Below the pieces are notes generated by a model. The model ran no database searches, was not told the origin of the DNA, and saw only the letters and a list, made by a program, of their open reading frames with translations. A stretch of DNA of 64,000 nucleotides from Selaginella moellendorffii (lineage: Eukaryota; Plantae; Lycopodiophyta): the NCBI RefSeq assembly GCF_000143415.4, contig NW_003314262.1, positions 1,043,960 to 1,107,959 of the forward strand, read 5' to 3'. A program made the position numbers and the translations under genes. Every line of letters begins with the position of its first letter. The first letter of the stretch is position 1. Below are positions 11,115-24,882 of this stretch, piece by piece.

Positions 11115-14100
11115 ATGATGCCGGCTTGGGGAATCAACATTGTGAGCGCGTTTGTTATGCTTAATCTTATCAATGAGATCTATCCCTTTTTTTTCTTTGT
11201 AGACCATTGCAGCAGTTCCCCCGCCAGTCAATGCCACAAGTGGCAGTGAGGAAACTGGTGAAGAAGCTACACATGCAGCTGCAGTCTCAATTATGGTCCA
11301 GATTATCATGCTGGGAATATCGTTCCTTGTAGGACATATGCTTAGACGCAACAAGATTATGGTGATTCACGAGGCTGGAACTGCGCTTGGGCTTGGTACG
11401 TTGCTGTTTGTCATTTTTCGTTTGTTTTCAACCTTATGTGCTTCCTAGAGTCATTTGAGAGTTTGTTTAGGGGTTCTTGTTGGACTGTTCGTACGCCTTG
11501 TCGGACAAGCACAAGGTTTCAGGTACTTCCCTTTGTCTTTCAATAAAGATTCTGATCGAAGAACTCGATCAGGTCATGGATTAATTTTAACGAAAAATTT
11601 TTCTTTTATTTTTTGCTCCCCCCGATCATATTATATCCTTTTATTTCTTCTCTGAGGCATGATCTTTGTGTCCTTAACCAACTTATATCTACTGAGTCAG
11701 GCTGGAGTTTGCGCAGTGTAAGCTGCAACCGTGAGAATATTATCACATGCCTCCTCATGTTTTAAACGCAGAAACCATTTTTCCACAACTTCGGAGCCAT
11801 ATGTGTCTTTGCATTTTTAGGAACCGCTATCTCTACGTTTGGTGTTGGAATTCTCATGCAAGTCTTTGAAATCTCCACCATTTTGTAACGCTTATATGCA
11901 TGTTTTAGCAGTTACATTTTTGGAACTCTCAATTGGACTTACTCAATGCCATTTTTAGCTTGTCTTGCTTATGGTGCTCTGATATCAGCAACCGACCCTG
12001 TCACTGTCCTTGCAATTTTTCATGTAAGCTACAGTTACAAAGCCAACAACATTTTGCCTATTGTCCTTTCAATACAGGCTTTGGGAGCAGATGCTAATTT
12101 ATATGCTTATGTCTTTGGAGAGTCAGTGCTTAACGATGCTGTGAGTAATGTTGTTCATTAGCCTGAAACAATGTTCTTCGTGTGTCTCAGGTGGCTATTG
12201 TCATGTATAAGTGAGTCTGCGAAAAGAAAAGACCCATTGTCGGTTTTTTTAGTTTCATATTTTTTAATTTGTGGCAGGACAGTTCTCTCCTTTATCAAGC
12301 ATCCAGAAAGCACGGGCATTTTTAGTGCATTTTGGTTTTTCATTGCGATTTTTATTGGATCTTTTTCAATTGGTGCGTTAAGCAAATATTTCATCGTATA
12401 CAAGCTGATCATGCGTATCTGTAGGTGTACTGACGTCTATGCTTAGTGCGGTCATGTTTAGGCATTGTGGCCTTCAAGAAAAAGGGTAGGTTCCTTGTGT
12501 TTTTTTTTTTTTTTTTGTAACGTGTACCTTTTTCTTTGCAGGCTTGCTATTCTAGAATCATGTCTTATGGCACTATTTCCCTATCTTGCATACAATATGG
12601 CAGATGCTCTTGAACTATCTGGGATCGTAGCAATACTATTTGCAGGCATTGTAAGTTCTCCTTGGTGATAGATTATTTACATTTCATTATTTAGACGATG
12701 AAGTATTATACTGCTCCTAATCTCTCATCAGAAGCACAACAAATTACAACAAGTTTTTTTGGAATGCTTTCAAAACTTTCTGAGACATTTGTGTAAGCGT
12801 AGACAAGTCGCTCTTCGAACTGACAATAAAAACAGGTTTATCTATATGGGTGTGGCTCTTTTCCTAGAAGAACAGAGCTGGAACAACTTTGGGTTCACAG
12901 TGTTCACAATTGTATCCTTTTTAATGAAATTTGAGCAGTGCCAAAGGTTTCTTTAACTTTGGTGACAAATTGTAGATCAGTATATTGGTTGCAAGGTACA
13001 GTTTTTCCTAAACATAAATACTCTGACTGTTTGTATTGTACAATGTAAACAGAGCATGGAATGTCTATCCTTGTGCTGCCCTGGTCAACAATTTTAGAGA
13101 ACCAGCAAGACAGATACCCATGAATCAACAGCACGCTCTTTGGTACGGTGGTGAGTTTCCTCGTCTGAAGAAGAACATTACATCTCTAAATAAAATCTCA
13201 GGTTTACGAGGAGCTATGGCCTTTGCGTTGGCATTGCAGTCTGTTCAGGACATCCCTGATCATCATGGGCGGGTGATGCTAACCGCTACAATGTTCACAA
13301 TATTTTTCACGGTTGGCTTTATTTGTGTTGAATTTATAAAGCAGTCTCAGATTATTTTAATTTACTTTGAATTTCAGGTTATACTGATTGGTGGCACAAC
13401 GTACTACGCGCTTATGTATTTAAATATTGAATGTCATGGACCAGATTATCATGGAGCAGAGGTATCCTGTAACATCACACACACAAGAACTTTTAACAAA
13501 CGCCTTTGATTGTAGGAAGAGGAGACCATAATGGAAGAACAAGAAGATGTATTTTTATGCATGCATATATACTAATTGTCTTGGTCCCGGAGTTTTGTTG
13601 CAGGAAACAATTGAATATGATTGTAATGTTGATGGCTTTGGCATTAAGGCTTTGAAAAAGCAGAAAGCACTAATCAAGAATAAGCTGCGAAAGCTGAAGA
13701 ATTATGAGTTCGTTATTTCAACCCCTTTCTTTCGTGGCTGACATTATGTTTCTTTATGCAGAACATCGTTCGCAACTTTAGACAAAAAGTATTTAAGGCC
13801 GTTTTTTGTACCTGAGACAGTTTCCGAAGGCACAACATCTCAGGATGTAGAACTGCAAGAACGTAAGTTTTAAAGGGATTTTAGTAAAAAATACGGCCTT
13901 TTTGCTCTTCTTACAGAGATGAGTCAAAATATTGCGAGAATGTCTGCAATACACAAGCATGAGGCAGAGCTTGCTAGAATAACACAAATAGAAGAACACC
14001 AAAAGAGAAACAGCCAGCAAAGTTATTTTTCTCAGCAACGATCTGTTGCCCAGCCAACAAGCTCTTACATTCAACCAGAACATTACACTGACAGTTACAC

Positions 14101-14182
14101 AAACTATAACCCGGAAAGATACCCAAGTTACTCGTTTGATGGCTACTACAATACGAACGACACCAATCGTGAAAATAATTAG
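11115..14182 (+). CDS. NHX: Na+/H+ exchanger, CPA1 family, endosomal NHX5/NHX6-like; many small exons (start codon uncertain, could be 10959)
   Basis: Spliced motifs [77 protein letters not shown] and [15 protein letters not shown], with [10 protein letters not shown] in the tail. Introns are about 45-60 nt. Stop codon at 14180-14182. Confidence 0.9.
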
Positions 14183-15399
14183 CTTTGAAATTTGAGGTTG
14201 TCAAAAATTTCCCTTTCAGTGAAAATCAGATCTTAGCCATTTTCCAAAAATTTAGATAAGAATCTACATTATACACACCACTTCTGACGTTTTCCCAGAA
14301 ATGTTTTAGCTAGACTATCGCCCTCACATTCCAGAAAAAAAAAAAAATGCTATGTGAGATTCTGGACAACATATGGGCTGCATCCTGTTGTTCAATAGGA
14401 AAGGCCACAGAAACCAGAAGGAATACTAGAAGCTTATACTCGTGTATAAAGAATCTTGGCCCAGCAATTGACTGCCACAGTCTCGCCTAGCAATTGTCAC
14501 TGCTCCCGATCTGAGGAAGATGAAGCTAGTAAATTCTTCTGTGTATGCATTCTTACTTTCCTTTCTCCTTGTGAGTTATTTTTACTTTCACATTTTCAGT
14601 CGAGGATTTTTAGTTTCTTTCTCCTTTCTCTGAGCTTTATTTATGCTTATCTTTGTACAGGGCAGCGACAACCCTTTAGAATCGGCCCTGATTTTGAGTA
14701 TAGGTCTACGAGCTATGGGTGATATCCCGGGTAGCCTCTCTTTTCGTTTCTGTTTTTTAGTTTCTTTCTCTGAGCTTTATTAGTAAAGTTCTAGCGAGCT
14801 ACAGGTGATATCCCGGGTAACCTCTCTTTTTTGTTTGATATTTCATCATTGCACAGTATGCCATTGTGGATTTGAAAGGTTGCAGGGCTTTATCCGCTGA
14901 TCCCAGCGGCAGGAATAGCGAGTTTCTTTGCTGGCATATCAACACATACTAAAACTCGGAAATGACAGAATGAACCAGCATATAGGCATTAATGGTGCCT
15001 GCAAGCTTAACATTTAGTGGCGCAGTGAAACCATTGAGTGAAACCTTTATTAATGTTGTGCTGTGATATTCGAGATATAAGCAATGAAATGCCTCCAAAA
15101 AGGAGGCCATCAGATTGTTTTTTTCAAATTTTTTTATGTTTTACAAGCATGTGCAGAATATCGAAAGCAGTATGTTGTACCAAGTTGAAACCTTGTTGTC
15201 TGCAAATATAGATAAGCACACCCCGGCCACGAACTTCAAGCATATGCCCAGCATATCAACATCTCCTTCATCCAGCTTATGTAGCGCATCATTCATGTCG
15301 GCCATTCTCTATCTGGAATTCACATTTTCTCCCACGCATTCTCAAACTTGTTTCCATATTGTAGATTTGCATCAACACATCTCCTGCATTTGTCAAGAA

Positions 15400-15960
15400 A
15401 ACTGAGAAATCAGTCACAGAAATATTGAACCAGATCTTCAATAGCAGGTAGATCAGCTGTGACAATAAAGAGTAAAGCTCGCTGCTGAAACTCTCGTGTC
15501 AGCCCAGCGTACTCAATTGGATAGCCCGTGTAGAACAAGCTCTCCAATTCTCGGATGAGATATTGTAGAAACACATCCAAAGAATCTGGTCCTTTCTGTA
15601 GTTTCTCCTTTGAGATCACTGGCAGCACTAAGTCTTCAACTCTGCTTAATGCTGTCACCTCCACCGTTCAGTATCACAATTTCCACGGCATAGATAGTGT
15701 GTCCAAGCATTGACTCCATTGACGTGAAACATATGGAAGCCAAGTTTCAAGGATTACCATGCTTCAATACTTGCTTCCATGGAGTAGTTTGTTCGCACCA
15801 GGAACACGGCACTTCGAGCCTTTGATGCTCTTCGTTCCATCTAGGTTCTTTCAAGCATGGAAGTGTCTGTGGTCATGTAGCAAGCCATTCACTGCACTGA
15901 TAACACTTGAAGGCAGCTCCATAGTTGGAAGGCCCATAGTCTTGCACGTAGCTTCAAAGG
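15400..15960 (-). pseudogene. CACTA/EnSpm-like (Tnp2-type) transposase remnant
   Basis: LDVFLQYLIRELESL...RALLFIVTADLPA, preceded by a broken GNP*NLA..HVNGVN segment. This resembles the CACTA transposase motifs N-x-DG-x-N, DVYLQPLIDEL and DLPA. Confidence 0.6.
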
Positions 15961-17281
15961 CTAAGATAGACTCTACAAATTTTAAAACCAGACATTAAAA
16001 TGCATTCGACTTAATTTCTAGATAGAACTTTGACGCTGCTTAGTTCTCCCTTCCTGCTTAAAAGCTGGAACAAGCTAGGAACTTGATCATCTCCTTTGAA
16101 GAGCCTTCGAACAGCCTGGGTCACGTGATGTTCATCAAGCATTGCGAACAATTTAAGAATAGCTTTCCATATCAGATCATGTCAGGGCAGTTTTGCATTG
16201 AATTTCAAGCTTTGTAGATCCCAGCTCCGCTGGGAGTAGTAGATAATTTTTTCAATTTGAAAAGATGTAGTTGTAATTGTTCAATATATTTCTTTGTCTT
16301 GCTTTCTCTTAACATGTTTATTCTATAGGTTGCTACTGAGACTTACAGCTTTGATTCCAATCTGTGCATTCTACAGCTTTACCAGGTTTACAAGTTCTTC
16401 ATGCCTTTTATAGTCATTTCTTTCCTGCACTAACTGGTTTTTCTCACAAGTTTGAGCCACAAAATCACGGACATCATGCAGCAACGGCAATAGCGACAGT
16501 TTGATGACCCTTCTGTGGAAATCCACATTCACAGCTAAGTTCTTAAGCACAATTCTCAGGAATGGAGCTCTACCTTGGCTTCACAAAAGTTGCTCAATGA
16601 AAACAGCAGCACTACCTAAAAGCTTTATCAACTAAATGACGAGGAATTGAGCAAGCATGACAAGGAAAAGAAAAAGTACACATACCTTGAGTGGTCATCA
16701 GCGAGAGAGCAATAGAAGCAGCATGAGACTGGACTGGTGCTGTGTAGCATTTAAAAGGCTGCAAAACAGAGGTGAGGCATCGGACACCAAGAAAAAGAAA
16801 GCAATGATCAAAATCAGCAAGGTAAGAAAATCATAAGTTCAATGAAGATGACGTTACCTGCTGACAAATATCACAGATGGTGTTCCCTTATCCTTATTCC
16901 CAGTGACTTCACATTGGGAGCTGAGAACTATTCCACGCTGCAGTGCTTCTGGCCTCACGGAATAAAAAACGTTCTGGTTTTTATTGAGCGCTTCCTGCAT
17001 GAATCAAGCACAGAGGTCCAGAGAACATCATTGAGAGCATCTTCGCAAGGTATGAATTGAAAGATTCTGTCCAGTCTATCTCCATCTGAAAATCCTTGTT
17101 AAAAGCTTTTGACATGGCTTGAACAATGATGCGCACAATGTCCTCCTGTCTAGAGGAGTTGAGACAGGATATTTCACAAAGTGCTCAAGGTATCTTGCTT
17201 TTGTCTTCCAACCTTGCTCTTCTCCCAAGCTTTAAACTCTACTCTCTACCAGGAAGTTTTCCTAGAACCCTCCACCCAAGC

Positions 17282-17381
17282 NNNNNNNNNNNNNNNNNNN
17301 NNNNNNNNNNNNNNNNNNNNNNNNNNNNNNNNNNNNNNNNNNNNNNNNNNNNNNNNNNNNNNNNNNNNNNNNNNNNNNNNN
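17282..17381. other. Assembly gap (100 N)
   Basis: Run of N. Confidence 1.
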
Positions 17382-18668
17382 CAGAAGAAAGTGATCATTC
17401 AAGTCCATATGGAAGCCTTCAAAACTGGATCAAAGTTTTGATTCAGTAACTGGATCAAGAAACTTCAGCAGCACATGGAAGACAATAGCTGGATGATTAA
17501 ACTGTAACTATAACCCACACCTGAGCAGCATTCTCAGCTTTTGGTTCCAGAATGTTTTCTCAGTTTCCAATATTGATGTCAAGAGAAGTCCCTCCCTAAA
17601 GGATCAATGGCAGGACTTGTTAGATGCAAAACATTAATCTTTATGTCCATCCAGAGCGAATGCTCTAGTTAACATAGAGCATCTATCCACAGCCTCATAG
17701 ATCATTGGATTGTTAGTCGCTTGAGAATTCATAGTTTGTGAGTTGTTTGAGGATTGCATCGCTCAGAAATCATTGGACTATGAGTTGGCTCACAGATCAA
17801 TTAGGATTGCGAGTTATTCGATGTTCATGGCTAGGGTTGAGATTTACCAGAAAGAAAGACTGAGCTGGGCAAACAGTTTAGCTGAGTATGTGCACCCTAG
17901 ATGTGGTGCTTTGTGCACCAAGAGTGATGTTCACATTGTAGGATGTTCTGTGTATGGAAATTACTGCAGAACGAGAGGAAGCCAACTGGGTTTTGAGAAG
18001 ATGACACAGTGGAGTTTCATTGCCTGGAACATGATTGTGGTAGGGTGAATCTCTTTTGGCAAGATGGCCGGGAAAACTCAGTGTTGTGCCTCTATGATCG
18101 CACGTTGGCAAGCTCAAGCAGGCAAAGTACAAGATGCCCATGTAAACGATGTGAAACTCCATGATGGCGGGCTTTGCTCTCTGGACAAGGATGGGAAGCT
18201 CTAGAGCTGTGGAAAATGGTCATGGTATCTGGTGCTCCAGTTGGAAAAATACCCTTCCATATGTGTACCCTCAGCAGGGAAAGAACTTTTTCCACTCACT
18301 CCTCCCCCCATCTTTTTGGGGCACTATAAACACGGTCCTCATTCCAAAAAAAAAAAAAACCTTGCCAACATATTTAGCACATTTGACTAAACCTGTTGTA
18401 GTTGTAGAACTAAAAGTTCTTTCATCCAAATGTAGTGTACGAAGAACCAGTATTACAATGCAGAAGCATCTTCCAAAATCAGAGCTGGTAATCAAAGTGT
18501 TCCAGTGGCTATGGGACAGAGGAAGAAACTACAGGGTGGTGTCGAGGGGATTTTAAGGATCAAGAATGGAAAAGATCAACACTCAACTCAGTTTCGAAGG
18601 AAGGCAATAAAACCACTCTTTCTTGGACCCTCTAGGACTCATTTAGAAGCATAGGACTTGTGGTATAT

Positions 18669-21600
18669 CTAGAATGGGGGCTTGAGGCCCAGTTTTTGTA
18701 CTATCCTAAGGAGACAATAGAGTTTTATAAATACTATAAGGAATCCAGATCTGCTGGAATAGATAGGAAATCTGTTACATTGGTGATATGAATTCTAGAG
18801 AATTTCTTTGTGCACAATGTTTTTGTATAGATAGTATCGTTCTGGAGCACATCTTGTCCCACGCATTGTTTGATGGACATTGTAATTTGTTTCTTTGTGT
18901 TCTCCTTGAAAGCACAGCATAAAGTTGACCATGGCAAAAAACTGGCCTTGGCAAGTAGATACCCACATTCTGTAATATTTGTCCCTAAGATTTACAAATT
19001 GTTATGGAGAACACAAGCCTTATTGGAACTTGTTGTCAATTGAGGATAAATGACATATCTTTATCAGTTGGTTTTAAAGAGATTCTTGGTAGAAGGACTT
19101 TTTTTCCTTGCACACCATTATGTAGAATTTCAGCTTCTATAACATTTGGCAGTGCCTTGGTTATAATTGGTTTAGTGCCCTTACAGAGGCCTTTTTTAGT
19201 GTTGATGTTGCATAACAACATTACAATACATCCAATTTTTATATGTAGCTTATGTGGAGGCATTTCAGATGGTGTTACTGAGTTTAAAAATTCTACAGGA
19301 TAGTCCAACATGTCTTCATCCAATATGATATCAATGCTTCTATATGTTATTGTTCTGCCAATCATTCTTGAAAGGACTTGGTCATTCACTTGAAGAGAGA
19401 GCATGAGAATAGCTTTCTGTGATAGGTTTGGGTCATTTTGTTGTATGTGTTTTCTCTATCATTTGTTCTCTGGTGGTGGATGTTAGAGGTAATTTGTAAC
19501 TTCCTGGTTGAATCCTTGGAGGCTAGGTAGGTTACTATTTCTGAGCCTTGCAAGCCATGTGGACCATTTCTTTTCTTCAGAGTTCACCCTCATATTTGTG
19601 TGTAATGAGTCCAGAACTTTACAAGTCTCCACCAGACATGTAAAGTGAGGAGTTCATGCTATTTTGGACAATTTGTGTGTGACGGGCTCATTTAGAATAG
19701 GTAATGTCTGTATGAACTCTCCTCCTGTTACTAATATGATGCCACTATCACAGTTTTTTATGTCACACAAGACCCTCTCGACAGCCTTAAAAGCGTGAAT
19801 GGTACCATGCTTATCTCATCCCATAGGAGCAGTTCAGCTCTCCTTATGACCTCAGCAAGTGCTGAATTCTCTCGCAGATCCGAGGTGCATATTTCTGTGA
19901 TTGGTACCAGTAGCTTAAATGTTGAAGGAGCCGTTCAGCCAGAGTACTCGCTATTCCTGTCCATGTGACTGCTAAGAGTTTCATGTCATAAACAGTGGCA
20001 TATTTTATCAGTGTGTTAAAAAGGTATGATTTCCCCTTGCCGCTGAATCCATCAACAAAGAATAATCTGTTTGTTTCTTTTTCGTTTTGTATTGTGTTCA
20101 AGATGTTGTTAAATATGTGAAGTTGTTCCATGTTTAGTCTGGTTTTAAATAATTCAGCTTCATCAGGCCTGCATGGCATACAGCTTGTTTGGTTGTTGTT
20201 CTGTTATCTCGTATAAAATCTGGATCTAGTAACTCATAGTCAGAAAGTTTCTTGCCATGTTCCTGGAGTAATATCGACATTTCATGCAATCCATGTTGCA
20301 CTGCTTCATAGTTGTGAATTCATACCATGTCATCACATATGCTTTCCTTGAATTTATCCCATAGTTTTTTGGGATCAAGGAGCTCTCAAAAAAAAAAAAA
20401 AACATACATCACTGAATAGATACCTTAATTTTGCAGGCATCTGAAATGTCAACAACTCTTTTAAGCATTTTCCCCACCCTGTAGAAGTCCCATTTCTTAT
20501 GCAGTAGAACAGTATGTGTCATATGCAACACTGTTTAGTACCTTTAAACCACTATAGCTTGTAGCTCCTTTTTTGTAGAGCAGGAGCATACATAGGTAGA
20601 AACATTCAGGGTCATGCAGTGTTACGGCCTCTTTCTAATACGATCTCTTCCTTGCCCTAATTGAAATAAATACTTTGAATGTTTTCCAAGTGGATGTCCG
20701 GTCTTTTGATAGAATGTGATCTCCCATGCAAGTCATATCCATATATCCTCCATATTCCTTCTGATGCAGAGATATAGTGGCAGTTTCTAAAAGCCTCTAT
20801 TTTGTCTCAGTTTAGTACTTGTTCAGGTGTTGAGTTCTCATCCCTTCGAAGGCATACCTCCACACAATCATGTTGTATATGTATTTGAATATAAACTTAA
20901 CACTTTTCACAGTGGAACACGAACATTTATGTGTGCTCTGTTGTATGGCACGACAAACCTGTTGTTGATGGGTTTGTTCTTTATTAGGATGGTATGTCCT
21001 TCTTGCCACCTTCTATACTAGCCACCAACATTCTGTGTTTCTTCACAGTAATCTCTTGGGTAGTTTGACTTACATTCACCATCCTTCGTGCATGGGCTGT
21101 TTGGAAGGAAATTCAGACCTACAAGGGCCGTGTATCATGTGGTTTTTAACCATTTCATACAATTCATACAATTCTAGGTTTAGTTTAGCATTTGGCATTT
21201 CAACATTAACTATATTGTCTATGTCATCGATAGTTCTGATTTTATTATCTTTACCATGGATCACCAATATATGACAGTGTGACAGTCCTTGTTTTTGGAA
21301 TTCAATCACATAGACATAAGCATTGACTTGGCCAAATATTTCTCGTTTGTAAATGTCATCTATGAGTTCTTGTTTTGTGATGTGGAACACACATGCAACG
21401 AAGTCAGGTTTGTCTGCAGTTGTTTGTCCAGGTAGAAGGTTTTCAGTGATCTCTTTCCATTTAGGATTGCAAGTGAATGGAACATATCAGGTTTTCCATA
21501 CTTCCTCACAAGGTTCATGGCATTCTGGTAGTTTTGATTCATCTGTCATGGCCTCCAGTGAATGAGGATGGAATTATTATTATTTTATTATTATAACACT
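18669..21600 (-). mobile_element. Helitron Rep/PIF1-helicase remnant (pseudogenised)
   Basis: Rep motifs YQNAM..VRKYGKPD, TCNPKW and YVIEFQKQGLSHCHIL. Helicase motifs FFVDGFSGKGKSYL, EFLNSVTPSEMPPHKL and VGIYLPRPVFCHGQLY. Many stops and frameshifts. Candidate 3' end: hairpin GGGCCTCAAGCCC followed by CTAG at 18669-18672. Confidence 0.9.
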
Positions 21601-22119
21601 TTAAATTCTCAAGATATCATTATTCAGCAATCTGGGTTGTGCTGCAGCTTGGAGTGCAGATGTTCTTTAGCCATAATATACCTGTAAAGTTCAGGAGCTC
21701 ACTCATTATGAGGACATAAATGTGTATAAACTTCCAATGCCTCACATGAACCAAGGAAGAAAACTCCTCCTGGGATCTCTCTGGCTTCTTGGACACTTCC
21801 AATGCTAGTGTAGCCAGCCACAACTTAATCACAAGCCTCTTTCCAATGTCACACTGACTGGCAAACTGATGCTCCAAGAAAGTGTTGCTGTCATTTCATT
21901 AGTAAATGTATGTTGGAGTCATCGAGAGAGAGGTGGGGACTTGTGATCAGTCTATAATAGTTATCCCCATGGTTATGGATTAAACCCATGCACCAAGGTG
22001 CCAAAGTCAACTTGCCAAAACTGACCCAAGTACAAACAAATGAGAGAAACAAAACTTTGATTTACAGAAATATAGTATTTTATTGATTTACAGGATTTAT
22101 TAAAAGATTTACAAAAGCC

Positions 22120-23855
22120 ATTCTTTATTACAATTCACATACTGCATGACAAGCTCACAAGCATGTGTAAGATTCTTAAGAGGCTCTCAAGTTGATTCAC
22201 GAGTTGGGTAACCTTTCCACTTAACTAGATATTCTCAATGTTTGGCACATTTAAGCTAGCATATTCCCAAAATAGCTTCCAGTTCATATTCAAGTTCATC
22301 ATCCACAACTTCTAGTGGCAAGTGAATCTCCTGTTGACATGCAACATCCATAATATAAGGAGCTAATAAATTGGCATGAAATACATTATGAATATTAGAC
22401 ATTTCCACAGGAAGATCCATGATAGGATATATCACCAAATCGTTTTAAAACCCAATAGGGTCTAACATATCTTGGTAATAGCTTCTCAGATAAAGATTTT
22501 TTTACATTCAAGTTTCGGGAAGATAGCCACACCTGATCTCACACTTGATAGGATACATCCCGACAATGCTAATCCTTATCACATCAATACTTATCCTAAG
22601 CTTTGCCCATTGCCTCAGTAGCTCTAGACCAACTTTGGCGTAGCTGCTCCACATAAGTATTCATAGTTGGGACCAACACTTTAGACATTGGTTTTGGTAT
22701 AACAATTTATTAAGGAACCTCGCAAGCATTCCCTTGTAACATCTCCCATGGAGAATAGCCAATAGTGCTGTGAAATGTGTTGTTATAACAGATTTTTGCT
22801 GTATCCAAATGATCAACCCAATTGTGTTGGTCTGCCGTGACATAGTACCATAGATAATCCTCAACTTGAGCATTCACACATTCAGTTTGCCCATCAGTTT
22901 GAGGATAATAAGCTGTACTAAACTTCAACTTGGTACTGAATAATTGGAACAGTGTGTCCCAAAACTTCCCTATAAATCTTAAATCTCTATCTGAGATCAT
23001 CTCTTTGGGAAGATCATGAACTCGTACTATTTCATCGAAAAAGAACTTTGCTACTTGATTTGCAATCAATATTTCCACATTTGGAATGAAGTGTGCAATC
23101 TTCGACAACCGATCCACAACCACTAACAAAGTATCATAACTCTTAGACTTCGGCAAGCAAGTGACAAAGTCAAGTGTCACACTTTGAATGGCCATGCTAG
23201 TGCTGGAATGCATTGCAAGTTCTTAGCCTACTTCTTAATTCTGTGCTTATATTGCTAGCATATAGGGTAGGAACGGACATAGTCCACTACATCACCTTCT
23301 ATACCAGACTAGAAAAATCCCTTTTTCAATTAAGCAAAAGTCTTTTGCTTTCCACTATGTCCCACTACCGGAACATCATGATGTTCCAGCAGAAACAAAT
23401 ACTGTAGTTCCTTAGAGGGAAGATACAATCTTTCTTGCTTATAGAATATAAGCTTATCCCGAATTGAGAAGTGAAGCTTCACATTGGTTCAACTAACAAC
23501 TTTTGTTGTTTCACTATTAGGGTTTTGCTTCGACAACTCTACACAGTGCAAGATTGCCTTTGCCAATGGATCACTACCATACAAAGCCCAATCATCCTCC
23601 AACCAATCTGAACTGATTGCAAACAGTGCCTAGAATTGAGCCTGATGACTCAATACATCTAGAACAATATTGTCTTTACCATGATTTTAATATCAAATTT
23701 AGCGAGCTTCTCTTGCCAACGAGCTTGCTTTGGCATAAGCTTAGGCTGCATAGCAAAGTATCTCAATGTATTACTATCTGTATAAACCTTGGTATGTCCA
23801 CCCAAATAATGTCTCCAGTGTTATAATGAAACAGTATACTACTCTTCGTTAACTC
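22120..23855 (-). mobile_element. Decayed Ty3/Gypsy chromovirus RNase H-integrase-chromodomain fragment (intronless integrase)
   Basis: DFVTCLP..VVVDRLSKIAHF..ISDRD..FSTAYYPQTDGQTECVN, KLLPRYVRPY, HNVFHANLL and YELEAIL..VKWKGYP. Multiple stops. Confidence 0.9.
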
Positions 23856-24110
23856 AGTCAACCTAAAGCATAGTCTAGCTCCTACTTGCATGCCTATCCT
23901 TGTTCTGCATTTAGCTTAGGTCTAAACCCAAATTTCACACCATGTTAGCTAGTGAAGTACCCATATCCTTGCATTAGACCACTAATATATTGAAATAGTG
24001 CTAGATTCCATTTGGCTTTGTTTTGCGTGTTGGTTTTGGCATTGGGATGTTGGATGCTTTAAGACTATTCTGAGTCACTCCATGCTTTTGTCCCTTTGCT
24101 CCTTAGGCTT
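23855..24110. repeat. Unclassified dispersed repeat, second copy at about 36913-37157 (possibly the LTR of another family)
   Basis: CAACCTAA.GCATAGTCTAGCTCC..CTTGC.TGCCTATCCTTGTTCT... is shared by both loci over about 245 bp. Confidence 0.7.
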
Positions 24111-24268
24111 CAATACTTTTACTCCTTAGCTCTATGCTTAAAAGTTTGGCTTTGTACCTTAGTTCAATGGCCCAAGGCCTTGAAACTCGCACCACTGTCC
24201 TTGGACATGGTATGTGGCACATAGAGGGTTTAGGTTCCACTTTATGGTTATCGTATGGTAAATCACCA

Positions 24269-24882
24269 TATAAGCAACCAAAGGAAACAACCTTTGGAAG
24301 TTCAAATATAAAGAGAAAAGGTCTTAAAACAAGAGTGACCCCCTTTTTCCAATCGGTTAACGGTTTTAGGATAATTGGGATTAAGTGTCCTTGGGTTTGA
24401 ATAGTATTGGGTTAGGTGACCTCTTGAGAAGTCCAAACTTAGGAGCTTACATTTGGTATTAGAAATGTCTTGGGTTTGTCTTTGTTAGTTGGCTAAAAGA
24501 ATCACACCACATGTTGATTGACATTTAGCTAGTTTAATTTGCTCTGACTAAGCTTGACCCAAGGGGTAAGGTGTCAAAAGAGTAGGGCTCTTGAGAGAGC
24601 TATAGTTCTTAGTTTCTGTTCACGAGGGTGTGAACTTGCAAGGCTTCCATTCACGAGGGCGTGAACTTGTAGGGAAGTGTGGTGAATTGTAAACAACCAA
24701 AGGGAATGACTCAAAAAACAATTTATAAGGGTTCAAATATAGAAAGAAAGGGCCTATAAACAAAAGTGCACCTTTTTTTCCAATCGGTTAAAGATCTTGG
24801 GATATTTAGGGTTAAATGTCCTTGGGTTTGAATAGTACTAGATTGGGTGATCTCCCAGGAAGTCCAAACTCATGAGCTTATA
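24269..24882 (+). mobile_element. Older Cassandra-type TRIM copy
   Basis: LTRs at 24269-24451 and 24688-24882, TSD CACCA, decayed PBS TGGTATTAGA, 5S-like segment present, short internal duplication. Confidence 0.9.

Noticed and set aside
16000-18300. Coding-like fragments around the first assembly gap
   Set aside because: Stop-riddled with no recognisable motif. They may be captured gene fragments but cannot be assigned.
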